From contig JBBDRF010000092.1 of the NCBI GenBank assembly GCA_040905565.1, positions 32,001 to 96,000 on the forward strand: a DNA stretch of 64,000 bases, read 5' to 3'. Source of the DNA: Phycisphaeraceae bacterium (lineage in GTDB: Bacteria > Planctomycetota > Phycisphaerae > Phycisphaerales > Zrk34). Position numbers and translations under genes: made by a program. Under the pieces are notes generated by a model that was given only the letters and a program-made list of their open reading frames with translations, made no database searches and was not told the DNA's origin. This document shows, one piece after another, positions 56,212 to 64,000 of this stretch (positions within the stretch are counted from its first letter, which is position 1; every line of letters starts with the position of its first letter).

Positions 56212-57216
56212 ATGGTTCGCATCGGTATCATCGGGCTTGGTTTCATGGGACGTATGCACATCGGTGCGTACGAAAAGATCGAGGGCGCCCAGCTCGTGGC
56301 GATCAGCGATCAGGACGCCAAGCGGGCGGCGGGCGACTTCTCGGGCGGCTGGGGCAACATGGAAGGGGCGGCGGATAAGCTCGATATGACCGACGTCCGC
56401 GGCACAACCGATTACCATGAGCTGCTCGGCTGGGACGATGTGGACATGGTCGACATCTGCGTGCCGACGCCGTTCCACGTGGACGTGGCCACCGCAGCGC
56501 TCAAAGCAGGCAAGCATGTGCTGTGTGAGAAGCCGTTGGCGCTTGATAGCGATGCCGCTCAGCAGATCGCGGACGCGGCGGCCGGGGCAGAGGGGCTGTT
56601 CATGCCGGCCATGTGCATGCGGTTCTGGCCCCAGTGGCGCTGGATCAAGCAGGCGGTGGATGAGGGGCGGTACGGGAAGGTGCTCGACGCGAGCTTCAGG
56701 CGGGTGGGCGCGATGCCGCCGGGCTGGTTCTCTAACGGTGAGATGTCAGGCGGGGCGATTCTGGACCTGCACGTTCACGATACTGACTTCGTCTACCACA
56801 TGCTCGGCATGCCGCAGGCGGTCTATAGCCGAGGCTATTCACGCCATACGGGACGGACGGATTACATCGTCACGCAGTACGATTTCGGCAAGGATGGGCC
56901 CGTCGTCAGCTCCGAAGGCAGTTGGTCGATGCAGGACGCGTTCGGCTTCTCCATGCGATGCACGGTCAACTTCGAGAAGGCCACGGCCGACTTCACGATC
57001 GACAACGAGCAGGGCCTGATCGTTCACGAAGGCGACAAATCCACGCCGATCGAGATGGACTCGGACGGTTACCACGAAGAGTTGCGGTACTTCGTCGATT
57101 GCGTCGCCAATAAGCGGAAGCCGGAGATTGTGACGGCCGAGGACGCGGTGCAGAGCATCAAGATCGTCGAAGCAGAGGCCCGGTCGATTGAAACGGGGGA
57201 AGTCGTCCGCCTGTAG
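56212..57216 (+). CDS. Gfo/Idh/MocA oxidoreductase
   Basis: GIIGLGFMG, ICVPTPFH, HVLCEKP, GGAILDLHVHD. Confidence 0.92.
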   Translation: MVRIGIIGLGFMGRMHIGAYEKIEGAQLVAISDQDAKRAAGDFSGGWGNMEGAADKLDMTDVRGTTDYHELLGWDDVDMVDICVPTPFHVDVATAALKAGKHVLCEKPLALDSDAAQQIADAAAGAEGLFMPAMCMRFWPQWRWIKQAVDEGRYGKVLDASFRRVGAMPPGWFSNGEMSGGAILDLHVHDTDFVYHMLGMPQAVYSRGYSRHTGRTDYIVTQYDFGKDGPVVSSEGSWSMQDAFGFSMRCTVNFEKATADFTIDNEQGLIVHEGDKSTPIEMDSDGYHEELRYFVDCVANKRKPEIVTAEDAVQSIKIVEAEARSIETGEVVRL

Positions 57217-57219
57217 TTC

Positions 57220-57288
57220 GTTAGCGGGCGATCGAAGATCGCCGTGGGCGTGCGTGGGGGAAGTGGCTATCTGCGATCGCCCGCTAAC
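57220..57288. repeat. Inverted pair of family C REP-like elements between convergent genes
   Basis: GTTAGCGGGCGATCG (57220-57234) / CGATCGCCCGCTAAC (57274-57288). Confidence 0.8.
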
Positions 57289-57307
57289 CTCATGCGCGAC
57301 GTCAATT

Positions 57308-57937
57308 TCACTCCGCCAGGTTCAGGCGCGCCGCCTGGCGTGCGAGTTTGTTTTCGCGCCGGCGTTCCTTGAAGAACTGACGCAGAATGCCTCGGCACTC
57401 GGGGGCGAGCACGGCGCGGATGATCTGCGGCTGGTGGTTAAAGCGCGTGTCGTCGCACAATTCGTACAGCGATTCCACGGCACCCATCTTTGGATCATTC
57501 GCACCATAGACCAGGCGACCAAGGCGGGCGTTGATGATCGCCCCGGCACACATGGGGCACGGTTCGAGCGTAACCGCCATGGAGCAGTCGTTCAGCCGCC
57601 ACTCTGAAAGCACCTGCGATGCCTGCCTGAGCGCGAGCACCTCAGCATGTGCGGTAGGGTCGCGATCGGATTCACGGAGATTGTAGGCCTCTGCGATCAC
57701 TTCCTCGCCTCGGTACACCACCGCACCGACGGGCACCTCTTTCACATCCCAAGCTTCGTAAGCCAGTTCGATCGCGCGTTGCATCATGCGCAGGTCGGTC
57801 TCGCTGGCGTAATGATGGTCCAGTTCGGTCGTTCGTATCGTTGCCATGAAACGTCTCCACAACGCCGCCATCCACGATCGATCGCGTGTCGACCGATCGC
57901 GCGATGGGGGTTGTGTCTGTATCGGCTGGACGCTCAT
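57308..57937 (-). CDS. tadA: tRNA adenosine(34) deaminase (start uncertain, could be 57847)
   Basis: EVPVGAV, DPTAHAE, TLEPCPMCAGA, DPKMGA, RFNH, FF..RR. Confidence 0.92.
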   Translation of the reverse strand: MSVQPIQTQPPSRDRSTRDRSWMAALWRRFMATIRTTELDHHYASETDLRMMQRAIELAYEAWDVKEVPVGAVVYRGEEVIAEAYNLRESDRDPTAHAEVLALRQASQVLSEWRLNDCSMAVTLEPCPMCAGAIINARLGRLVYGANDPKMGAVESLYELCDDTRFNHQPQIIRAVLAPECRGILRQFFKERRRENKLARQAARLNLAE

Positions 57938-58003
57938 GGTGAATTTCTACAGGGCGATCGCCACCCTTATCGGGCATGATAGCGCCACTTATCGGGGCGT
58001 AGA

Positions 58004-59020
58004 TCAGTTAACCCCGGAGCCCCAAGCTTCCTCAGGCGGCGGGCCGAACCACTTGACCAGCAGCAGACCAAGCTCGTAGAGGGCGTACATCGGGATGGCG
58101 AGACCGACCTGGCTGAATGGATCGGCCGGGGTCACGATGGCGCTGACCACCACGATCGCCAGCAATGCGTACCGCCTCACCGAGGCCATCTGGTAGTAGC
58201 TGACGATGCCGACCTTGCCGAGCACCAGCATCACCAGGGGGAGCTGGAAGGCGATCGAGAAGGCCAGCGCCAGCAGCATCACCAGATTGATGTACTGGTC
58301 GATCTGGATCAGCGGATCCATCATGCTGCGTGAGGCGGTGAGGCGGGTGTGCCAGATGAGCCCATCTTCACCGACGATGCGGAGTTGGCGGCTGGTGATG
58401 TTCAGCCACATATCGCCGATTTCAGGTTCCGCCGGGTCCATGCGCAGGCGCGGGATATTAAGGGGTAGGACCTCTGGATCTTCAATGGGGTCGTCGACCT
58501 CGTCGCCGCCGCTGGTGGCGCGGGAGACCTGCTGCTGCATGAGCGTTTCGTTGAGGTCGGGCATTTCGAAGCCGACGGCGAAGTTCAGCAGGAACCAGAG
58601 CATCATCGGGAGCATGACGTAGTAGAGGAACGCCACGCCGACGATCATGAGCCCGGTCGAGGCGGGGATGAGCATGCGCACCATCCGCTGCTCGGTGTGA
58701 TACAGACCGGGCCCCACGAACAGCCATAACTGCCAGAAAAGCCAGGGGATGCCGATGATGAGCCCGCCGAGAAGGCTGACTTTGAGGTAGACGGCGAAGG
58801 CGCTGGTCACGCTGGGGTTGATCAGCCTCGGTTCCAGGCCGACCTGATCCATCGCCACCAGGACGGGTTGTGCGAGGAAGCCGACGACCTGCTTGCCGAA
58901 GACGAGCATGACGATGGCAGCGATGAGCGGCCCGATGATGCCGAGGAACAAGCGCCAGCGCAGCTCTTCCAGGTGCTCGCCGAGGCTCATGCGTAGGTCT
59001 TCGGGGTTCTGTGCGGCCAT
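58004..59020 (-). CDS. tatC: Twin-arginine translocase subunit TatC with periplasmic insertion
   Basis: MSLGEHLEELR, FVGPGLY..E, FQLP, RRYA, TPADP, LYE. Confidence 0.93.
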   Translation of the reverse strand: MAAQNPEDLRMSLGEHLEELRWRLFLGIIGPLIAAIVMLVFGKQVVGFLAQPVLVAMDQVGLEPRLINPSVTSAFAVYLKVSLLGGLIIGIPWLFWQLWLFVGPGLYHTEQRMVRMLIPASTGLMIVGVAFLYYVMLPMMLWFLLNFAVGFEMPDLNETLMQQQVSRATSGGDEVDDPIEDPEVLPLNIPRLRMDPAEPEIGDMWLNITSRQLRIVGEDGLIWHTRLTASRSMMDPLIQIDQYINLVMLLALAFSIAFQLPLVMLVLGKVGIVSYYQMASVRRYALLAIVVVSAIVTPADPFSQVGLAIPMYALYELGLLLVKWFGPPPEEAWGSGVN

Positions 59021-59100
59021 AGCGGGCTATATCACCACGGAACGCCCACTTTGGCAAGAGGTAGGGGCGATTGGGGGGCAGAAAATCCGAAACGGGAGGT

Positions 59101-59499
59101 TCAGTTGCTGGTGACGGTACGCCGTCCGGACCGTTTCGCGGTGGATTTTGAAGCGGATTTGGTACTGACCCGCTTGGCCTGCCCGTTGCGGTGGGGGGCC
59201 TCGCCGTTGCCGTTCGTTGCCGTTTTGCCGTTGCCGTTGCCGTTGGAAGAAGCTGCGGCACCGTTGGCGTCGCCGTTCTCAGCGGTTTTACGGGGACGAA
59301 TTTTTCCGATCGCCAGGCGCTGAACGTGTTCTGAAGCGTACCAGACGCCCTTGCTGTAGGGTCGATGTGCCGCCCGGACGCAAACGAAACCTTCGCCGTC
59401 CTCGGATTTCAGGCCGCAGACCTTGCCCTTCATATCTCCGGAAACCGGGGCTACGACGTCGCCTTTGCTTAATTCCAAACCGTTGATATCACATACCAT
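59101..59499 (-). CDS. Small SH3/KOW-like protein with basic low-complexity tail
   Basis: DINGLELSKGDVV..V.GDMKGKV...GVWYASEHV, then NG-repeat and K/R/S/T-rich tail; GGAG SD upstream. Confidence 0.55.
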   Translation of the reverse strand: MVCDINGLELSKGDVVAPVSGDMKGKVCGLKSEDGEGFVCVRAAHRPYSKGVWYASEHVQRLAIGKIRPRKTAENGDANGAAASSNGNGNGKTATNGNGEAPHRNGQAKRVSTKSASKSTAKRSGRRTVTSN

Positions 59500-59913
59500 G
59501 AATCTAACCACTCCGGGATAATGCCGTTCGCGAGGTAAGCTGTTAGCTGACACATGGTAGGCAGTGAACGTGGGTCGGACCACCTTGATGCCTATCCGGC
59601 TATCCCTGAGCCACGGCGACCGGATCGGAGCGGAAACATCGGCGCCGAATGCCAACGCTCAGATACCAGAGTCAGCGCATGGGGTGCTGTCGAGCAGTCG
59701 GCAAGTCGTCGCTTGCGCGAGAGCATCGGCGATCGGCCTTGAGCCGTGAGCGGACACCGGCTTGAACGCCTTGTGTAAATCGACTTATCGGATTTTCAGA
59801 AAAGCTTGGCTCGCAGGGCCTTTCCGTGTTATATAAGAGGTACCCTCACACTAACATCGTGTGAAACCCGAGCACGGGCCAGACCTCGGCCTGATTCCTT
59901 TAAAGTGGACGCA

Positions 59914-60618
59914 ATGGGAGAGATAAAACGCCAAGCGGCGCAAGGAGACCATCGCACCCAGGCCCCATGCCTGATGCTGGTGCCGCGTGGTTTCGATGCG
60001 CCGTTGGAGTTGGTGGAGGGGACCTCCCAGCGAGGGGTCACGGTGGAGGAGGTGGGCGACGCGCCTTCGGTCATGGTGGCGCTGGCAAAGGGACGTTATC
60101 TGTCGCTGGTGATCGTGGAGCCGCAGGCAGTGCTGGAGCTGGCGGAGCTGATCGGCGCGGTCAAACAGTATTACCCCGCCGTTCCCGTCTGGCGGTACGG
60201 TGCTGACGAGAGGCCTCGACTCGAACGGCTCACACGGCCGGCATCGAAGCAGAATCTGTCGTCGGCGCGGGCCCAAGCGGAGCAGCCGCGCTCCAACAAC
60301 GGCATGAAGCACGACGCAGAGGATTCGGGCGAGAAAGATCCGCTGCGGCGTCCAGCGGCGAGCATGGCTCAGGCGAACGGCCGGGGCATCGCAGGACGCA
60401 TCGGTCCGGCGGCTCCGAAGGCGCCGATACGGGAGCCGCGCCATGCTGCCCACGGGAATCAGCAGGCAGACGATGGTGCGACCGACCGGGACGCATCGCG
60501 GCGGTTGCCTGAGATCAAGGTGACGCTGAGCGAAGAAGAATTAGCGATGCTGTTGGGTGATCGTGAGGAGACAGGCTCGTGGTCCAGCGACCCGAGTGAT
60601 CAGGAGACGCGGCCTTGA
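59914..60618 (+). CDS. Hypothetical protein (degenerate receiver-like N-terminus, disordered C-terminus)
   Basis: Alpha/beta N-terminus, LSEEELAMLL motif; stop overlaps the GGDEF start. Confidence 0.55.
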   Translation: MGEIKRQAAQGDHRTQAPCLMLVPRGFDAPLELVEGTSQRGVTVEEVGDAPSVMVALAKGRYLSLVIVEPQAVLELAELIGAVKQYYPAVPVWRYGADERPRLERLTRPASKQNLSSARAQAEQPRSNNGMKHDAEDSGEKDPLRRPAASMAQANGRGIAGRIGPAAPKAPIREPRHAAHGNQQADDGATDRDASRRLPEIKVTLSEEELAMLLGDREETGSWSSDPSDQETRP

Positions 60619-62153
60619 GCGGCAGGCAAGGATCAAAAGACGGAGCGGTTGTCGTCGTCGGCGACGTGGAACTCGCAGCACGCCTGCGCCAGGCGCTCGG
60701 GGTGCCGAGTGATGATGAGCAAGCCGTCCGCAGTGTCAAACATTACCTGGCGGTACTCGGCGAGATGTCGCAGACCCGGGTCGATGTGGTAGTGGGGAGG
60801 CTGGGCGTGCTACGCAGCTCGCTTGAGGGCACGATCCGCGCCATCCGTGCGATGTCGCCCAAGGCGAAGCTGCTGCTTGTCGCTGAGGCGGAGCAGGAGC
60901 CCGAAGCTATGCGGGCGGTGCGGCTGGGGTTCGATGATTACCATGTCGAACCGCTGATGCTCGAAGCGATCGTTAAACAGATCAGAAGCAGCCGGGTGGG
61001 CGATCGCACGCAGGTTCCTAAAACGACGGCGGTCGGCGTAGGCGTTGATGCAGCCACGAACAACGGGGCCGCGGCCGGCAGCGAGATCGGCAGCAGCACC
61101 TCAGCGGACGCAAGTGTGGCCACCGCTGGCGTCGGATCCTTCGATGATGATGAGCATGATGCGGACCCGCTGCTGCTCGATGAGCCGATGCGGATGATCA
61201 GCCCGCTCTCGACTGCTTCGACCAATGACGGGGGCAAGCTCGACTGGCTCGACACGACGGATGATCTGGTCGGCAGCGCCCTGGCAGGCGGCGGGGATGC
61301 GGACCTTGTCGAGCAGTTGCTCCGCGATCGGCGGGGGCTCAGGCGCGCGGCCATGTCGAAGCTGAGGCTGAGGCTGGAGGATCCGGAACTCACGTTCAGC
61401 CGTGAGCCGATGGTCGATGTCCACGCCTGCGTACCGGTTCAGGCCGCGTCGCAGGAGCTTGGCTATCTCGTCAGTGAACAGACCGACGCCAAGGTTCTCG
61501 CGGCACACGCAGCCTGGCTCGCCCGCTGGCTGATGCTCGGTCGGCACCTCGGGCAGCTCAACGAAATGGCGATGCGAGACAGCCTGACGCAGGTGTGGAA
61601 CCGTCGCTATTTCGAGCAGACCCTGCGTGTGCTGGTGGATCGGGCGCGGGCGGAGCGGTTCCGGGTGACGCTGATGATGTTCGATATCGACGACTTCAAG
61701 GATTACAACGACCAGTACGGTCACGGGGCGGGGGACGAGATTCTATGCGAAACCGCGAGGCTGATGCAGTCGGTTGTGCGTCGGCAGGATGTGGTGGCGC
61801 GGATCGGTGGCGATGAGTTCGCGGTGATCTTCTGGGACGCCGAGCCGCCGCGTGGTGGTGGTGGGGCCGAGGGCAAGAGCGATCATCCCGTGTCGGTACG
61901 TCGGGCGGCTGAGCGGTTCCAGAAGGCCGTCTGCGAACATCGGTTCCCGAAACTCGCGGAGCAGGCCCCGGCGACGCTGACGATCTCGGGCGGTCTGGCG
62001 AGTTTTCCGTGGGACGGCCGCACGCCTGAACAGCTTGTGAAGCTTGCCGACGAGATGATGTTCGAATCCAAGGAGCAGGGCAAGAACGCCATTACGTTCG
62101 GGCCGGGTGCATTGCGGCTCTGCGGCCTCGAACTGCCGGGCGAGGCTGAGTAG
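60615..62153 (+). CDS. Diguanylate cyclase with degenerate REC domain
   Basis: DSLTQVWNRR, DIDDFKDYNDQYGH..GD, RRQD I-site, RIGGDEF. Confidence 0.9.
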   Translation: MSGRQGSKDGAVVVVGDVELAARLRQALGVPSDDEQAVRSVKHYLAVLGEMSQTRVDVVVGRLGVLRSSLEGTIRAIRAMSPKAKLLLVAEAEQEPEAMRAVRLGFDDYHVEPLMLEAIVKQIRSSRVGDRTQVPKTTAVGVGVDAATNNGAAAGSEIGSSTSADASVATAGVGSFDDDEHDADPLLLDEPMRMISPLSTASTNDGGKLDWLDTTDDLVGSALAGGGDADLVEQLLRDRRGLRRAAMSKLRLRLEDPELTFSREPMVDVHACVPVQAASQELGYLVSEQTDAKVLAAHAAWLARWLMLGRHLGQLNEMAMRDSLTQVWNRRYFEQTLRVLVDRARAERFRVTLMMFDIDDFKDYNDQYGHGAGDEILCETARLMQSVVRRQDVVARIGGDEFAVIFWDAEPPRGGGGAEGKSDHPVSVRRAAERFQKAVCEHRFPKLAEQAPATLTISGGLASFPWDGRTPEQLVKLADEMMFESKEQGKNAITFGPGALRLCGLELPGEAE

Positions 62154-62177
62154 AACGACCGGTCCCGCGTCTCCCCC

Positions 62178-62248
62178 CAATCAACAATCAGAAATCAACA
62201 ATCGGTAGACGCCCGGCCGTCTCGCTTCGCTCGCTGGCCGGGGTACCC
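62178..62248. repeat. 7-bp tandem repeats (AATCAAC) plus family B REP-like element
   Basis: caatcaacaatcagaaatcaacaatc followed by gcccggccgtctcgcttcgctcgctggccggggtaccc. Confidence 0.7.
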
Positions 62249-62272
62249 CCTGCTCACCACTCACAACACGCG

Positions 62273-63364
62273 TCAGGGATAGATCCAGCAGCCGGCTACC
62301 GGTGCGGTCAGCGGGCAGCCTGTGATCTGGGGCAGGGTGATCGGCACGCGGTCGGCACACAGGCCGCCGAGGATCGCCATGGCGATGGCTTCACGGTACT
62401 GGGCTGGCGCGCCCAGATCGTCCGAGAGGCAGACGGGGGCGTGGGCGTGGTCGGTGATCTCACGGCGGAGGGCCTGATTGTGCGTGCCGCCGCCGGCCAG
62501 CACGATCTGGTCGGTTTCCCCGACGGCGTTGGCGATCACCTGGCCGATGGTAAGGGCGGCAGTTCGGGCGAGATCGTGACCGGTGCATTCGTTGAAAAAG
62601 ACATCGACCCATTCGGTGAGTTCGTCGCCGTTGCCGAGTGAGCGACCGGCTTCCGCCTGCATCTTGAGGATCGCCAGCAGGGCACAGTGGGCGTCTTCGT
62701 CAGCTTCGCCTCGCATGGCACGTTTGCCGTCTTTGTCGTAGGGCTTGTGAAAACAGCGACGAGAGACGGTGTCGAGCAGCTGATTGCAGACGCAGATGTC
62801 GCCGCCCCGGATCGAACGCAATGCCTCTTCGCCTTCACGCCGCGAAGGCGGCAGCCAGGTGAAATTGGCGAAGCCGCCCAGGTTCACCACCGCCCGGGTG
62901 TGCTTGTCGTCACGGAAAAGAACGTGGTCGGCAAGCGGGGTGATCGGCGCCCCCTGTCCGCCTGCTGCGAGATCCGCACCGCGAAGATCAAAAACAACCG
63001 GCGCTCCAAGCTGACGCGCGATCGGGTGCGGGTTAAGCAGTTGCATGCTCAGCGGCGCTTCGTGAAACACCGTCTGACCATGCACGGCGACGAGGTCGAC
63101 CTTCTCGCCCTGCACCAGTTCGTTGAGCACCTCAGCATGAGCGGCGCCGAGCATCGACCCAAGTTTCGCGACCTGTTGCGATGTCTGTCGGCGTTGCCTC
63201 GCGAGCGGGCGCAGGAGCTTGCCGAGCGACCCGAGCGGCTTTGAGGCGCAACGGATGACCTCGACGTTCATATCGAGACCATGACCTTCGACGCGGATAA
63301 GCGCGGCATCAATGGCGTCGAGACTCGTGCCGGACATGCAACCTGCGATGAGGCGTGTGTTCAT
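62273..63364 (-). CDS. anmK: Anhydro-N-acetylmuramic acid kinase
   Basis: GCMSGTSLDAID, HGQTVFH, DLAAGGQGAP, NLGGFAN, GGG.HN, REA. Confidence 0.93.
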   Translation of the reverse strand: MNTRLIAGCMSGTSLDAIDAALIRVEGHGLDMNVEVIRCASKPLGSLGKLLRPLARQRRQTSQQVAKLGSMLGAAHAEVLNELVQGEKVDLVAVHGQTVFHEAPLSMQLLNPHPIARQLGAPVVFDLRGADLAAGGQGAPITPLADHVLFRDDKHTRAVVNLGGFANFTWLPPSRREGEEALRSIRGGDICVCNQLLDTVSRRCFHKPYDKDGKRAMRGEADEDAHCALLAILKMQAEAGRSLGNGDELTEWVDVFFNECTGHDLARTAALTIGQVIANAVGETDQIVLAGGGTHNQALRREITDHAHAPVCLSDDLGAPAQYREAIAMAILGGLCADRVPITLPQITGCPLTAPVAGCWIYP

Positions 63365-64000
63365 TTCCGCTGCACCTGTGCTGTTTCTATGTGTTCAAGA
63401 GAGTCGCGGGAACCTGCTGCTGATGCGACGGCTGCGGCGCCGTCGGCGGTTGGGGGAGCGATGGGGGCGGGGGTGTTGCCGAGGCAGCAGACGAGGAAAG
63501 CTGCCGTTGTGGCAATCGTCATCTGCCAAGGGAAGGCGAGATCTACCTCCGCGTTGAACCAGATCCATGGCTCAACCTGGAAGGTGAGGATGGCGAGGAA
63601 GCCGACTGCGAGGGCTGCGAGGACCGATGTTGTTGAGCCGCGGTTGGTCAGCAGCGCGGTGAGGAACACCGCAACCAACCCGGAGTAGGCGAACATCATG
63701 ATGCCCAGCGCGAAATCGATCAGCGGAATCTCGCTCGCATGCTGCCAGTATGCGCAGAGGATGGCGAACGCGCCGAGCGCCACGCCCCAGAAGACGATGC
63801 CCATTCGCCCCATCAACAGGTAATGTGCTTCGGAGCGGTCGGGCTTATAGGTGCGGTAGAAATCGTTGATCAACGTCGACGACATCGCGTTCAGCTCAGA
63901 GTTCAGCGACGAAAGGGCGGCGGCGAAAAGTCCCGCCATCATCAACCCGGCGATGCCTGCGGGGATGTGGTGGACGATGAAGTCGAGAAAAACCTCACGG
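63361..64000 (-). CDS. Sodium:solute symporter family protein (5'-truncated by window edge)
   Basis: GLMMAGLFAAALSSLNSELNAMSST...DFY; stop overlaps the anmK start. Confidence 0.85.
   Translation of the reverse strand, partial: REVFLDFIVHHIPAGIAGLMMAGLFAAALSSLNSELNAMSSTLINDFYRTYKPDRSEAHYLLMGRMGIVFWGVALGAFAILCAYWQHASEIPLIDFALGIMMFAYSGLVAVFLTALLTNRGSTTSVLAALAVGFLAILTFQVEPWIWFNAEVDLAFPWQMTIATTAAFLVCCLGNTPAPIAPPTADGAAAVASAAGSRDSLEHIETAQVQRK

Noticed and set aside
13694..62248. Repeated 20-40 bp sequences as CRISPR repeats
   Set aside because: They are dispersed or inverted rather than regularly spaced direct repeats, and there are no cas genes.

Overview
A high-GC chromosomal window of mostly core genes. 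Gene content suggests Planctomycetota, probably Phycisphaerae (inference from the PVC-type heme-binding dehydrogenase, split nuo operon, stand-alone CoaC next to rpoZ and planctomycete-type REP-like palindromes). About 55 CDS: nnrD-larB, nuoJKLMN, NsrR divergent from a truncated globin plus 2Fe-2S/FAD reductase, PIN/TRAM, tig, clpX, coaC, rpoZ, purD, hemL, an RHH-like/PspA/YqiJ/flotillin operon, sat, an M16 peptidase pair, dacB, ndk, a UbiD decarboxylase, a zinc-ribbon gene with a degenerate RNase H, trpC, a CPBP protease with four lipoproteins (two LpoB-like, one COG3014-like, one YcfL-like), a Moco cluster, tadA, tatC, a GGDEF protein, anmK and a partial SSS transporter. I saw no rRNA, tRNA, CRISPR array, transposase or prophage. 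The strongest unexplained signal is a strictly strand-polarised motif, (A)AGGT-G7-9. It has 8 exact AGGTGGGGGGGG copies plus variants at about 10 loci, all on the + strand regardless of gene orientation or local GC skew, and several lie in apparent protein insertions. It is a candidate KOPS/Chi-like chromosome-architecture sequence. Other items worth checking: a switchable structured leader upstream of tig, a back-to-back leaderless moeA/moaD promoter, a two-protein NO-dioxygenase-like module, and the lipoprotein quartet. All calls come from reading the sequence by eye; no searches were run.
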